From assembly GCA_007116245.1 (NCBI GenBank), contig SKIW01000026.1, forward strand, positions 1 through 60,284: a stretch of DNA of 60,284 bases, written 5' to 3'. Below, piece after piece: positions 49,237-59,068 of this stretch. Below the pieces are notes generated by a model, which was not told the DNA's origin, ran no database searches, and worked only from the letters and a program-made list of their open reading frames with translations. The DNA is from Candidatus Izemoplasma sp. Its GTDB lineage: Bacteria; Bacillota_I; Bacilli_A; Izemoplasmatales; Izemoplasmataceae. The position numbers and the translations under genes are program-made. Position 1 is the first letter of the stretch. Every line of letters starts with the position of its first letter.

Positions 49237-49941
49237 ATGGCAACGTTAATTTATGGAAAGAATCCCGTAAGAGAAGCACTTAAAGCTTCAAGGAATTTTT
49301 TAGAAGCGTATGTCCTAGAAGGACAAAATAACGACGTTATCGACATGCTTAAAGAACGTCATATAAAAGTTAAGTATCTCACAAAGCAAAAAATGCAAAC
49401 GATGTTTCCATCATCACATCAAGGTGTTGGGGCATTAGTCGATGACTACGATACGATTTCGTTAAAAGAAGCACTTGCCAAACCGAATCGCAAACTTTTC
49501 GTGATGCTCGATTCATTAGAGGACCCACACAACCTCGGGGCAATTTTAAGGACCGCAGAAGCATTTAATATTTCTGGTGTCATTATCCCTAAAAATCGCA
49601 GTGTTCAAATAACACCAACAGTTGTCAAAGTTTCTGCAGGCGCGATCGAATATGTAGATATCATTAGTGTTACTAACTTAAATCAAACTATTCAAACGTT
49701 AAAGTCACATAATATATGGGTTGTAGGGACGGATCTCGACGCTGATCAAAATGTTTCAGAGATTCATCCGGATACTGATGTATGTGTTGTCTTTGGTAGC
49801 GAAGGAAAAGGATTAGGCCGCTTAATAAAAGAAAGTTGTGACTATTTAGTTAAGATTCCTATGCAAGGAAAAATCAATAGTCTTAACGTTAGTGTTTCAT
49901 GCGGTATCATCCTTCACGATATCATTCAACGTCGGGGGTAA
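49237..49941 (+). CDS. rlmB: 23S rRNA (guanosine-2'-O)-methyltransferase RlmB (SpoU/TrmH family)
   Basis: LDSLEDPHNLGAILRTAE, VFGSEGKGL, SLNVSVSCGI SpoU motifs. Bacillus yacO position. Confidence 0.85.
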   Translation: MATLIYGKNPVREALKASRNFLEAYVLEGQNNDVIDMLKERHIKVKYLTKQKMQTMFPSSHQGVGALVDDYDTISLKEALAKPNRKLFVMLDSLEDPHNLGAILRTAEAFNISGVIIPKNRSVQITPTVVKVSAGAIEYVDIISVTNLNQTIQTLKSHNIWVVGTDLDADQNVSEIHPDTDVCVVFGSEGKGLGRLIKESCDYLVKIPMQGKINSLNVSVSCGIILHDIIQRRG

Positions 49942-49944
49942 GCT

Positions 49945-50493
49945 GTGAAAAAATACTTCAATCATTATAATGATTTTGAACTCATCGAATATGTTAAACA
50001 AGGCAATGAACAAGCGTTCGAAGTGATGGTTGAAAAGTATTCAAAGTTTATTTCTAAAAAGATTCACAAATTTAACCTAGCCTATGAATACGATGATTTA
50101 TATCAAGAAGGGTTAACCATTCTCTATCGTTCTATCATCGTTTTTGATGATTCATTTAATAAAACATTCACACGGTTTTTTGAAATGAACTACGAACGAC
50201 ACCTTATTAGTTTTATCCGATTAAAGAAAAGCCGCACGCATATCGAGTACATCCACCAAGAAGAAATAAAAGAAAACAATCACATCATTAAAGAACCATC
50301 GTTTTATTTTCGATTATACCTTGATGAGATCAAAAAAATCTTAACACCCTTAGAACACGATGTTTATATTTTAAGAGAAGTAAAGAATTACACGATTGAA
50401 GCGATTTCGAAAACCCTTGATATCGAAGTGAAGTCAGTGTATAATTCTTGTCATCGAGCAAAGGATAAAATACGGGTACATTTCAAAGAGTAA
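49945..50493 (+). CDS. sigH: SigH-like sigma-70 family sigma factor
   Basis: GTG start. Region 2 DDLYQEGLTILYRSI and region 4 HTH YTIEAISKTLDIEVKSVYNSCHRAKDKI. Aligns by eye with Bacillus SigH and occupies its position (rlmB ... sigH-rpmG-secE-nusG). Confidence 0.75.
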   Translation: MKKYFNHYNDFELIEYVKQGNEQAFEVMVEKYSKFISKKIHKFNLAYEYDDLYQEGLTILYRSIIVFDDSFNKTFTRFFEMNYERHLISFIRLKKSRTHIEYIHQEEIKENNHIIKEPSFYFRLYLDEIKKILTPLEHDVYILREVKNYTIEAISKTLDIEVKSVYNSCHRAKDKIRVHFKE

Positions 50494-50496
50494 ATC

Positions 50497-50525
50497 TTGA
50501 CAAACCGTAGTCTTTTTGTTAAATT
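50497..50525 (+). promoter_or_regulatory. Putative promoter of rpmG-secE-nusG
   Basis: TTGACA (50497-50502), 17-nt spacer, TAAATT (50520-50525). Confidence 0.4.
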
Positions 50526-50549
50526 ATATATTTGCAAGGTTGTGATTCA

Positions 50550-50696
50550 ATGAGAAAAAAAATAATTTTAATATGTGAAGTCTGTCTATCGAGAAATTAC
50601 ACAGCCTTAAAACATAAAGATCGTAATGAGCGTCTAACAATGAAAAAATACTGTAAACGCTGTGATAAACACACAGTCCACAAAGAAACGAAATAG
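50550..50696 (+). CDS. rpmG: 50S ribosomal protein L33
   Basis: Not in the ORF track (48 aa). [48 protein letters not shown], with CxxC...CxxC. Confidence 0.92.
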   Translation: MRKKIILICEVCLSRNYTALKHKDRNERLTMKKYCKRCDKHTVHKETK

Positions 50697-50708
50697 GAGA
50701 GAATTTTT

Positions 50709-51134
50709 ATGGAAAAAAAGCAACCCGAAAAAAAAGTAGGAAAAGTCCTTGAAATATTAAAAAAAGAATATCCTTTCGAAGGTGTATTACTCGCTGTATT
50801 AGGTGCTCTTGTAATGGTGCTTGGAGTATACATTTTTGAGTCGAGAATATTAGTTATAACACTCGATCATTGGTGGATTTTTAATACCCAATTCAAAATC
50901 CGTGTATTTTCAGTTATCGTTATGTTAATTGGAGCGGCTGCATTAGTTTACGCAGTACTTCCATTCCTTGCACCATCCGTTAAAGAGATGGGTCGAGTAT
51001 CATGGCCGACTAAAAAAACAATGATTAACCACTCATCACGTGTCTTTGGATTTATCATTTTCTTAGGAATTATGTTCTTAATTTATGATTCATTTTTCAG
51101 ACCGATTTTTGACTGGTTAACGAGGGTTCAATAA
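50709..51134 (+). CDS. secE: Preprotein translocase subunit SecE (long, three-TM form)
   Basis: C-terminal conserved part VKEMGRVSWPTKKTMINHSSRVFGFIIFLGIMFLIY, preceded by two extra hydrophobic segments. Lies between rpmG and nusG. Confidence 0.85.
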   Translation: MEKKQPEKKVGKVLEILKKEYPFEGVLLAVLGALVMVLGVYIFESRILVITLDHWWIFNTQFKIRVFSVIVMLIGAAALVYAVLPFLAPSVKEMGRVSWPTKKTMINHSSRVFGFIIFLGIMFLIYDSFFRPIFDWLTRVQ

Positions 51135-51685
51135 TGTCTCATGAACAACACCCTGATCGCAAATGGTATGTCGTTCAAACGTATTCTGGGTTAGAGAACT
51201 CTGTAAAATCAAATCTTGAACGCCGTATTGAATCTATGCAAATGGAGGACTTAATCTTTCAAGTGCTTATTCCTGAAGAAATCCGCATGGAAAAAAAAGC
51301 GGATGGTACAATGAAAGAAAAAGTTGTAAAACTTTATCCAGGTTACGTATTTATCGAACTTATTGTTACAGATGACTCATGGTATGTTGTTCGGAATACA
51401 CCTGGTGTTACAGGCTTTTTAGGAAGTAGTGGTGGAGGTACTAAACCTATTCCCCTTAAGCAAGAAGAGATTAATCCTATTCTTAAAAAGGCTGGTTTAT
51501 TACAAACACCTAAACTAAATGTTCAAGTTGGACAAAAAGTGCGCGTTTTATCAGGACCATTTATAAACCGTACTGGTATTGTCGATCATGTATCTAAAGA
51601 GAAAGCTGAGTTGACCGTACTCGTAGAAATGTTTGGAAGAGAAACACCGACTGAACTTAATTTTGATGAGGTTGAACCGCTATAA
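51134..51685 (+). CDS. nusG: Transcription termination/antitermination factor NusG
   Basis: KWYVVQTYSGLENSVK, PGYVFIE, C-terminal KOW GQKVRVLSGPF. Confidence 0.95.
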   Translation: MSHEQHPDRKWYVVQTYSGLENSVKSNLERRIESMQMEDLIFQVLIPEEIRMEKKADGTMKEKVVKLYPGYVFIELIVTDDSWYVVRNTPGVTGFLGSSGGGTKPIPLKQEEINPILKKAGLLQTPKLNVQVGQKVRVLSGPFINRTGIVDHVSKEKAELTVLVEMFGRETPTELNFDEVEPL

Positions 51686-51690
51686 TTAGA

Positions 51691-51720
51691 AGGTATGCTA
51701 AAGCATGCCTTTAATTTTGT
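51691..51720 (+). terminator. Putative terminator after nusG
   Basis: AGGTATGC-taaa-GCATGCCT (8 bp with one G-U), followed by a T-rich tract TTAATTTTGT. Confidence 0.45.
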
Positions 51721-51737
51721 TTTGACTGTACTTTTAC

Positions 51738-51766
51738 TTGACACACAACAATGCATCGTTTATAAT
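51738..51766 (+). promoter_or_regulatory. Consensus sigma-A promoter of rplK-rplA
   Basis: TTGACA (51738-51743), 17-nt spacer, TATAAT (51761-51766). Confidence 0.7.
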
Positions 51767-51800
51767 AACGGAGCATGCATAAATTATGCGATTTTTTAGA

Positions 51801-51827
51801 GTGGGAGGACGTTTGTCTGATGACCAC
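51801..51827 (+). promoter_or_regulatory. L1-binding rRNA-mimic element in the rplK leader
   Basis: GTGGGAGGA-cgtttgtctgat-GACCAC. The GTGG/CCAC helix closes a GGAGGA...GA internal element. It resembles the 23S rRNA L1-stalk sequence GGUGGGAGGC...AUACCACC as I remember it. Confidence 0.5.
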
Positions 51828-51853
51828 ATCACGAATAAGAGGAGGTGTCTATC

Positions 51854-52279
51854 GTGGCTAAAGATATCAAGACTGTCGTTAAGTTACAAATACCAGCAGG
51901 ACGTGCTAATCCAGCTCCACCAGTTGGACCAGCATTAGGACAAGCAGGTGTGAATATTCAAGAGTTCTGTACTAAATTCAACGATAAAACGAAAGATCAA
52001 ATGGGATCTATCATCCCTGTCGTTATTACCGTTTTTACAGACCGTTCATTCACATTTGTAACAAAAACACCGCCAGCAAGCGATTTATTGCTTAAAGCAG
52101 CGGGAATCAAAAAAGGTTCTGGAAATCCTTTAAAGGAAAAAGTAGGATCAGTTACACGTGATCAGTTACGTGAAATTGCAACCGTAAAAATGCCAGACTT
52201 AAACGCAAATGACGTTGAAGCGGCAATGAACATTATTGCAGGATCTGCAAGAAACATGGGAATCACAATCAAGGACTAA
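51854..52279 (+). CDS. rplK: 50S ribosomal protein L11
   Basis: (M)[37 protein letters not shown] at 51854 lies 6 nt after GAGGAGGTG. The ORF-track GTG at 51845 lies inside the SD sequence. Confidence 0.95.
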   Translation: MAKDIKTVVKLQIPAGRANPAPPVGPALGQAGVNIQEFCTKFNDKTKDQMGSIIPVVITVFTDRSFTFVTKTPPASDLLLKAAGIKKGSGNPLKEKVGSVTRDQLREIATVKMPDLNANDVEAAMNIIAGSARNMGITIKD

Positions 52280-52311
52280 ACAATTAGTTGTAAATAGAGA
52301 TACAACTATTT

Positions 52312-52336
52312 GTGGGAGGAGATTCCGTTAGACCAC
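52312..52336 (+). promoter_or_regulatory. Second L1-binding rRNA-mimic element, in the rplK-rplA spacer
   Basis: GTGGGAGGA-gattccgtta-GACCAC, the same flanks as 51801-51827. It is preceded by the hairpin AGTTGTA/TACAACT (52286-52307) and ends 17 nt before the rplA ATG. Confidence 0.5.
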
Positions 52337-52353
52337 AATAGGAGGTAAAACAC

Positions 52354-53049
52354 ATGGCTAAAAAAGGTAAAAAATTTACCGCTGCATTAGATAGAATCGA
52401 TCGTACGAAACGCTATGCAGCTAAAGAAGCAATTGAACTTATAAAAGACATTTCTTTTGAAAAGTTTGATGCAACCGTAGAATGTGCAATTCGCCTTAAC
52501 GTAGACCCACGTAAAGCTGATCAAAACTTACGTGGTGCAATCGTGTTACCGCACGGTACAGGGAAAACGAAACGTGTCCTTGTCTTTGCGAAAGGTGAAA
52601 AAGCGAAAGAAGCTGAAGAAGCTGGGGCAGACTTTGTTGGAGAAGAAGACATGGTCGAAAAAGTACTTGGTGGATGGCTTGGATTCGACACTGTTGTTGC
52701 AACACCAGATATGATGGCGCAAGTAGGTAAATTAGGACGCACACTCGGACCTAAAGGACTTATGCCAAACCCAAAAACTGGTACAGTTACAATGGATGTT
52801 AAAAAAGCGGTTGAAGACATCAAAGCTGGTAAAGTAGAATACCGTGTTGATAAAGTAGGAAACATTCATGTTTCACTCGGTAGAAAATCATTTGAGAACG
52901 AAAAAATCTTAGAAAACCTTCGCGTCTTCTACGATACAATGATTAAAATCAAACCAGCTACTTCTAAGGGAGTTTACATTAAGAACATTTCACTTGCTAC
53001 AACCATGGGACCTGGTGTCAAACTTGACCCAGATGCCATATTAAAATAA
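52354..53049 (+). CDS. rplA: 50S ribosomal protein L1
   Basis: MAKKGKKF..., [11 protein letters not shown]...[22 protein letters not shown]. Confidence 0.97.
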   Translation: MAKKGKKFTAALDRIDRTKRYAAKEAIELIKDISFEKFDATVECAIRLNVDPRKADQNLRGAIVLPHGTGKTKRVLVFAKGEKAKEAEEAGADFVGEEDMVEKVLGGWLGFDTVVATPDMMAQVGKLGRTLGPKGLMPNPKTGTVTMDVKKAVEDIKAGKVEYRVDKVGNIHVSLGRKSFENEKILENLRVFYDTMIKIKPATSKGVYIKNISLATTMGPGVKLDPDAILK

Positions 53050-53184
53050 GATTACTACATACACTGTCACAGACTCAGGAGCGTAAGCTTAAAAACTATC
53101 CTGCCGAGACGAAAGATAAAGACGTAAGTCCTCTTTTGTCGCTTGACAGAAGAGGTTTTTTATTCTACACCAAAGGAGGAAACT
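53050..53184 (+). promoter_or_regulatory. L10 (rplJ) leader with terminator-type attenuator
   Basis: 135-nt leader. 11-bp stem CCTCTTTTGTC (53130-53140) / GACAGAAGAGG (53145-53155), loop GCTT, then T6 (53156-53161), 24 nt before the rplJ ATG. This matches the attenuation-type L10 leader of Bacillota. Confidence 0.6.
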
Positions 53185-53685
53185 ATGTCTACAAAAGCGA
53201 TTGAAAAAAAGCAAGCACTCGTAGAAGAATTGACACAAAAAATGACTGAAGCTAACGCGTTTGTCGTTTTAGACTATTTAGGACTAACCGTAGATCAAGT
53301 TACAAAACTTCGTGTACAATTGCTTGAAAGCGGCTGTGAAATGCTCGTTGTTAAAAACAATATTTCACGTCGTGCCGCAAAAGCAGCAGGATACGAAAAA
53401 ATGGTAGAGCATTTCGTAGGACCAAACGCACTTGCGTTCTCATACCAAGATAGCGTATCTGCCGCAAAAGTTGTATACGACTTTGCCAAAGACCACAAGA
53501 AACTTGAACTTAAAGTAGGGGTTGTAGATGGCGAGTTCATGAACAACGAAAAGATTCAAACCATCGCGACTATTCCATCAAGAGAAACATTACTCACTAT
53601 GTTCGCAGGTGGCATTATGCAACCAATCCGCGAAGTTGCAGTAGCATTACATTTACACATTGAAAATCTAGAAAATAACGCATAA
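53185..53685 (+). CDS. rplJ: 50S ribosomal protein L10
   Basis: [16 protein letters not shown]..., ATG after AAAGGAGG. The ORF-track start at 53143 lies inside the attenuator hairpin. Confidence 0.95.
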   Translation: MSTKAIEKKQALVEELTQKMTEANAFVVLDYLGLTVDQVTKLRVQLLESGCEMLVVKNNISRRAAKAAGYEKMVEHFVGPNALAFSYQDSVSAAKVVYDFAKDHKKLELKVGVVDGEFMNNEKIQTIATIPSRETLLTMFAGGIMQPIREVAVALHLHIENLENNA

Positions 53686-53704
53686 ATCTAAGGAGGAAAA
53701 AATC

Positions 53705-54073
53705 ATGGCTAAATTAACCAATGCAGAAATTATTGAAGCTTTAAAAGAAAAAACTTTATTAGAACTTAAAGAACTTGTTGATCTTATGAAAGAAGAATTC
53801 GGTGTTGATCCAAGTGCTGTAGCTGTTGCTGCACCAGGTGCTGCTGCTGAAGATGCTGAACCAACAGAAGTCAGTGTCATCATAACACACCCAGGACAAA
53901 AGAAAATTGGTGTTATCAAAATCGTTCGCGAGTTAACTGGATTAGGACTTAAAGAAGCAAAAGCACTTGTAGACAGTGCCCCTGCTGCAGTTAAAGAAAA
54001 CATCAAACCAGAAGAAGCTGAAGAAATCAAAAACCAACTCGAAGAAGCTGGCGCATCAATCGAAGTTAAATAA
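53705..54073 (+). CDS. rplL: 50S ribosomal protein L7/L12
   Basis: Ala-rich hinge [13 protein letters not shown] and C-terminal domain [24 protein letters not shown]. Confidence 0.97.
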   Translation: MAKLTNAEIIEALKEKTLLELKELVDLMKEEFGVDPSAVAVAAPGAAAEDAEPTEVSVIITHPGQKKIGVIKIVRELTGLGLKEAKALVDSAPAAVKENIKPEEAEEIKNQLEEAGASIEVK

Positions 54074-54094
54074 AGGAAAACACATAGTAAAAAG

Positions 54095-54117
54095 CCTGAG
54101 TTTGAACTCAGGTTTTT
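54095..54117 (+). terminator. Intrinsic terminator after rplL
   Basis: CCTGAG-tttgaa-CTCAGG stem, followed by T5. Confidence 0.7.
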
Positions 54118-54152
54118 CCCTTTATTATAACCATTAGAAAATAGGTGAATTC

Positions 54153-54746
54153 ATGTCGCATTATTTTTCTAAGCATCAAACAAAAGAATCCAACCCTCAA
54201 ACGATTGAATACACATTTAAAAATAAGCAATTTAAGTTTGAGACAGATACCGGTGTATTTAGTAAAGATCACGTTGATAGCGCGACTAACTTATTACTCA
54301 ATCACATCAGTATCGAAGACAATCAAGGCATCCTTGATCTTGGTTGTGGTTATGGTGTTATCGGGATCACTTTAGCGACGTTTTACAAAATTGATCTTAC
54401 CATGATAGATGTTAACGAACGCGCGATTAATCTTACTAAAAAGAATACCGAAAAACATCATGTAAAAGCCAATATACTAGTTTCAGATGGATTTGAACAC
54501 ATCGATAAAACATTTGACCACATTGTCACAAATCCACCGATTCGGATTGGTAAAGAAAAACTATATCAATTATTTCTCAACGCAAAATCGCATTTAAAAC
54601 CACAAGGCATCCTATGGCTTGTGATTCACAAAAAACACGGAGCTCTTTCCGCAATAAAGTACTTAAGTACACTTTTCGACGTTAAAATCGTCACAAAAGA
54701 TAAAGGGTTTCACGTTCTCGCTTGTCAAAATACATTGACTATTTGA
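54153..54746 (+). CDS. Class I SAM-dependent methyltransferase, RsmC/RlmG-like small-domain type (Bacillus ybxB position)
   Basis: ILDLGCGYGVIG SAM motif and TNPPIRIG. 197 aa. Lies between rplL and rpoB. Confidence 0.78.
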   Translation: MSHYFSKHQTKESNPQTIEYTFKNKQFKFETDTGVFSKDHVDSATNLLLNHISIEDNQGILDLGCGYGVIGITLATFYKIDLTMIDVNERAINLTKKNTEKHHVKANILVSDGFEHIDKTFDHIVTNPPIRIGKEKLYQLFLNAKSHLKPQGILWLVIHKKHGALSAIKYLSTLFDVKIVTKDKGFHVLACQNTLTI

Positions 54747-54763
54747 CAAGACTGTGATAAAAT
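54735..54763 (+). promoter_or_regulatory. Putative extended -10 promoter of rpoB-rpoC, overlapping the methyltransferase gene end
   Basis: TTGACT (54735-54740), 17-nt spacer, TGaTAAAAT (-10 at 54758-54763). It is embedded in an 8-bp inverted repeat CTTGTCAA...TTGACAAG (54721-54750). Confidence 0.4.
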
Positions 54764-54833
54764 ACCAAAATGCGATAACATGCGCTTTTTTGCGTTTAAG
54801 GCACTTTTTAACAATAAAACGGGGTGAATATTA

Positions 54834-57800
54834 GTGAATTACAAAATCGTTAAATACGGAAAAAAACGCGAGCGAAGAAATTACTCGCGGGTGAAATCAA
54901 ATATCGACTTACCCAACCTTATTGAAGTTCAAACTGATTCCTTTGATTGGTTTATCAAAGAAGGACTTAAAGAGCTCTTCAAAGACATTTCACCCATTGA
55001 AAATCCAACCCAAGATTTAGAACTATATTTTGAGAACTTTGAATTTGGAGACTCAAAATATACGATTTCTGAATCAAAAGAAAAAGACAAAACATACGCG
55101 AAACCTTTACATGTTAACATTAAGTTGTTAAACAAACGTAAAGATAGTGTACAAGAAATATCAGAACAAAAAGTCTATTTAGGTGATATTCCTTTTATGA
55201 CTTCAACAGGCTCCTTCATTATTAACGGATCAGAACGTGTAATCGTTTCTCAAATCGTTCGTAGTGCAGGTGTATTTTTTGATACCAAAGTTGATAAAAA
55301 GACATTGAAGCGTAAATTCGAAGGCCAAGTCATTCCAAACCGTGGAGCTTGGTTAGAATACGATATCGATTCAAAAGATATTTTATATGTTAAACTTGAT
55401 CGTTCTAAAAAAATCCCCCTTACGACGTTACTTAAGTCATTAGGATTAAACTTAGAACAACTCAATTACTTATATCGCAATAACGCGTTAATTCGGACAA
55501 CACTCAAACGTGATACTACACAATCTTCTAATGAAGCTATTATCGAGATTTATACAAAGCTACGTCAAGGCGAAATCGCGAAAAGCTACCAAGCTCAAGA
55601 GTTTTTAATTAGTCGATTATTTAATTCTAAACGTTATGAACTTGCTGAAGTAGGACGCTATAAAATCAATAAAAAACTTAATATTTTAAATCATATACGC
55701 GGTAAACGGCTTGCTCAGGATATTGTTAATCCTGAGACAGGAGAAGTGATTTTAGAAAAAGATACCCCAATCACACGTAAAGAAATGGATATTCTTAATC
55801 GTAACCGTGAATCCTTTACACAAACGGTTCCTGGTGTTTTAGCGGCGAGCTTAGAATACGATTTTGAGATTCAACGCGATATCTTAATGGGTAACCCTTA
55901 TCTAAATAGCATCCGTATCTCAAAAGAAGATTTCATTCTTTCTGAAGGAACTAAGGCATATCAAGACACATTAGAAGACTTAGAAGAATTACTCAATAGT
56001 TCCACATTAACTAAAGATGATCTTAATGCGCATCCGTTTTTAAACACGCTTTCTGCTAAAGAAAAAACAAAAATTCTTAAAAATAAAGAGTTTTCAGCAC
56101 CTGAAACATACGCTGATCTCCATCTAAAATCCATTAATACTTCACTTGAAAAGTACTTATATGATGAAGGATTACGTCGTTATGAACTCATGGAAAAAGC
56201 GTTTGAAGAAATGGTCAGTGAAAACGACATTACGATGGATACATTAGATTCTAACCCGTATCTTGATTATTTAACACTCGAAGAAAAACATGCATATTTA
56301 GCACAAAGTAAAACCTTAACCACAGAGCTTTGTATTGAAGACTACTTCCGCTATTTAACCGTTCAAGAACGTTTAAATGAGATTAAGTCACAAAGCTATT
56401 TAAGCGTTGAAGAATATGTGGAAAAAGTATTACAAACAAAACAACAATCAAAAAAAGAATTTGTTAAGGCTAACGGACAAAATGCATACGATGACATGGT
56501 TGAATCAATTACAACGACATTAAATGATGAAAAACTTTATTTCGAGCTTGCTAAGATTGAAGTATTAGACATTTATCATCGTAACCGTGAAGATGAAGAA
56601 GTCATCTTGCGTTTAATCGGAAACCACTCTTTAGAAGATAAAGAACATATCGTGCCATCGGATATTATTGCGAGTATTGCTTATTACTTAAACCTTTATC
56701 AAGGGTATGGACGCTTAGATGATATCGATCATCTAGGAAACCGTCGTTTACGCTTAATTGGTGAACTACTCAAAAACCATTTCCGCATTGGTTTATCTAA
56801 ATTAGAGAAAAATGTTAAAGATCGAATGAGTACAAATGAACAAGAAGTGATTATGACACCTCAAAAACTCATTAACAATAGACCCCTTATCTCAACCTTA
56901 AAAGAGTTTTTCGGATCTAGTCAGTTATCTCAGTTCATGTCACAAACAAATCCACTAGATGAGCTAACACATAAACGTCGTATCTCAGCGTTAGGCCCTG
57001 GTGGACTAACCCGGGACCGTGCGGGATTTGAAGTGCGTGACGTTCACTACTCACATTATGGTCGGATTTGTCCGATTGAAACACCTGAGGGGCAAAACAT
57101 CGGCTTAATTAACAGTTTAGCGTCTTACGTTCGCGTGAATCGTTATGGCTTTATTGAAACACCATATCTTCACGTTAACACAAAAGAACTTGGAGACGAT
57201 CAATACGAGTTAACAGTTACAGACGAAGTTGTCTTTATGGCAGCGGACGAAGAAGAACAATATTATATTGGACAAGCGAACATCGCACTCGATGATGATA
57301 ACCGCATTTTAAACGAGAATGTCGTTGCAAGATATATGGGAGAAACGAAAATGTTTGCAAGAGAACTCATTGAGTATATCGATGTATCTCCAAAACAGAT
57401 TGTTTCTATCTCAACAGCATGTATCCCGTTCTTAGAGCACGACGATGCAAACCGCGCATTAATGGGTGCGAACATGCAACGTCAAGCGATTCCTTTGTTA
57501 AGACCTGAAGCAGCGTTCGTAGGTACAGGAATCGAGTACAAAGCAGCTAAAGATTCTGGTTCATGCTTAATTGCATTAAACTCCGGTACAGTGAAGTATG
57601 TAGATGCTAAAAACATCATTATCGAACGTGAAGATAAACAACGTGATTACTACAATTTAACGAAGTTCGAAAGAAGTAATCAAGGAACATGTATTAACCA
57701 AAAACCCATTGTCACAGTAGGTGAAGAAGTCACAGCCGGTGAGATTATTACGGATGGTCCTTCAATGGATCAAGGTGAACTCGCTTTAGGACGTAATGTT

Positions 57801-59051
57801 ACTGTTGCGTTTATGACATGGAATGGTTACAACTATGAGGATGCGATTATTTTAAGTGAAAGACTCGTTAAAGAAGATATATACACTTCGATTCATATCG
57901 AAAAATATGAAGCAGAAGCCCGAGAAACAAAACTAGGGAAAGAAGAGATTACCCGTGAAATTCCTAATGTGGGTGAAGAAGGACGTCGTTTCTTAGATGA
58001 CCGAGGCATAATCATTCCTGGTGCTGAAGTTGAAGAAGGCGATATTTTAGTCGGTAAAATTACCCCTAAAGGACAAACCGATCCAACACCTGAAGATAAA
58101 CTACTTCTTGCGATCTTTGGAGAAAAATCACGAGAAGTACGGGATACATCATTACGCGTACCTCATGGCGGTGGCGGTATCGTTCAAAGCGTGAAATACT
58201 TTTCACGTGCAAACGATGATGAATTACCACCAGGTGCAAACGAAGTAGTTCAAGTCTTTATCGTCCAAAAACGTAAAATTTCAGAAGGCGATAAAATGGC
58301 TGGACGTCATGGTAATAAAGGCGTTATCTCTAAAATACTACCAGAAGAAGATATGCCGTATTTACCCGATGGTACACCAATCGATATCATGCTTAATCCC
58401 TTAGGCGTTCCATCACGAATGAATATCGGACAAGTATTAGAAATCCATTTAGGGATGGCAGCTAAAAAACTAGGAATCCATGTCGCAACACCGGTCTTTG
58501 ACGGTGTTGAAAATGATGATCTAGTTGAGATTATGAAAGAAGCTAATATGCAAATGGATGGAAAAATAAAACTCTATTCTGGACGCACCGGTATCGCATA
58601 CGATAACGATGTATCCGTAGGAATTATGCATATGATTAAATTAGACCATATGGTCGACGATAAATTACACGCACGCAGTGTTGGACCATACACACTTGTT
58701 ACACAACAACCGATGGGTGGTAAAGCACAAAACGGTGGACAACGTTTTGGTGAGATGGAAGTATGGGCGTTAGAAGCTTATGGCGCAGCGTACTGTTTAC
58801 AAGAAATGTTAACCGTTAAAAGCGATGATATCATCGGTCGAAATAAAGTCTTTAGAGCGATTGTTGATGGTAAAAGCATTCCAGGACCAAGCCTACCAGA
58901 ATCTTTCCGGGTCTTGACACGTGAGCTTCAAGCTCTAGGTATTTATGTTGAACTTATTAGCCGAGAAACAAAGAAAAACGAAGCAAACAAAAGTTTAGTG
59001 GAAGATTCTGATGTCGAAGACTATCTAGACAAATACGGCTTTAACTCTTAA
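54834..59051 (+). CDS. rpoB: DNA-directed RNA polymerase subunit beta, with a ~220-aa lineage-specific insertion
   Basis: GTG start. [76 protein letters not shown]. 1405 aa, versus roughly 1190-1200 in Bacillus (from memory). Confidence 0.97.
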   Translation: MNYKIVKYGKKRERRNYSRVKSNIDLPNLIEVQTDSFDWFIKEGLKELFKDISPIENPTQDLELYFENFEFGDSKYTISESKEKDKTYAKPLHVNIKLLNKRKDSVQEISEQKVYLGDIPFMTSTGSFIINGSERVIVSQIVRSAGVFFDTKVDKKTLKRKFEGQVIPNRGAWLEYDIDSKDILYVKLDRSKKIPLTTLLKSLGLNLEQLNYLYRNNALIRTTLKRDTTQSSNEAIIEIYTKLRQGEIAKSYQAQEFLISRLFNSKRYELAEVGRYKINKKLNILNHIRGKRLAQDIVNPETGEVILEKDTPITRKEMDILNRNRESFTQTVPGVLAASLEYDFEIQRDILMGNPYLNSIRISKEDFILSEGTKAYQDTLEDLEELLNSSTLTKDDLNAHPFLNTLSAKEKTKILKNKEFSAPETYADLHLKSINTSLEKYLYDEGLRRYELMEKAFEEMVSENDITMDTLDSNPYLDYLTLEEKHAYLAQSKTLTTELCIEDYFRYLTVQERLNEIKSQSYLSVEEYVEKVLQTKQQSKKEFVKANGQNAYDDMVESITTTLNDEKLYFELAKIEVLDIYHRNREDEEVILRLIGNHSLEDKEHIVPSDIIASIAYYLNLYQGYGRLDDIDHLGNRRLRLIGELLKNHFRIGLSKLEKNVKDRMSTNEQEVIMTPQKLINNRPLISTLKEFFGSSQLSQFMSQTNPLDELTHKRRISALGPGGLTRDRAGFEVRDVHYSHYGRICPIETPEGQNIGLINSLASYVRVNRYGFIETPYLHVNTKELGDDQYELTVTDEVVFMAADEEEQYYIGQANIALDDDNRILNENVVARYMGETKMFARELIEYIDVSPKQIVSISTACIPFLEHDDANRALMGANMQRQAIPLLRPEAAFVGTGIEYKAAKDSGSCLIALNSGTVKYVDAKNIIIEREDKQRDYYNLTKFERSNQGTCINQKPIVTVGEEVTAGEIITDGPSMDQGELALGRNVTVAFMTWNGYNYEDAIILSERLVKEDIYTSIHIEKYEAEARETKLGKEEITREIPNVGEEGRRFLDDRGIIIPGAEVEEGDILVGKITPKGQTDPTPEDKLLLAIFGEKSREVRDTSLRVPHGGGGIVQSVKYFSRANDDELPPGANEVVQVFIVQKRKISEGDKMAGRHGNKGVISKILPEEDMPYLPDGTPIDIMLNPLGVPSRMNIGQVLEIHLGMAAKKLGIHVATPVFDGVENDDLVEIMKEANMQMDGKIKLYSGRTGIAYDNDVSVGIMHMIKLDHMVDDKLHARSVGPYTLVTQQPMGGKAQNGGQRFGEMEVWALEAYGAAYCLQEMLTVKSDDIIGRNKVFRAIVDGKSIPGPSLPESFRVLTRELQALGIYVELISRETKKNEANKSLVEDSDVEDYLDKYGFNS

Positions 59052-59068
59052 GAAAGTAAGGTGATTCC

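Noticed and set aside
53668-54030. 120-aa minus-strand Ala/Ser-rich ORF antisense to rplL. The antisense ORFs 52521..52865 and 52496..52744 in rplA are the same kind.
   Set aside because: This is the classic shadow ORF of GCN/GAA-rich r-protein genes. The sense-strand genes are unambiguous.
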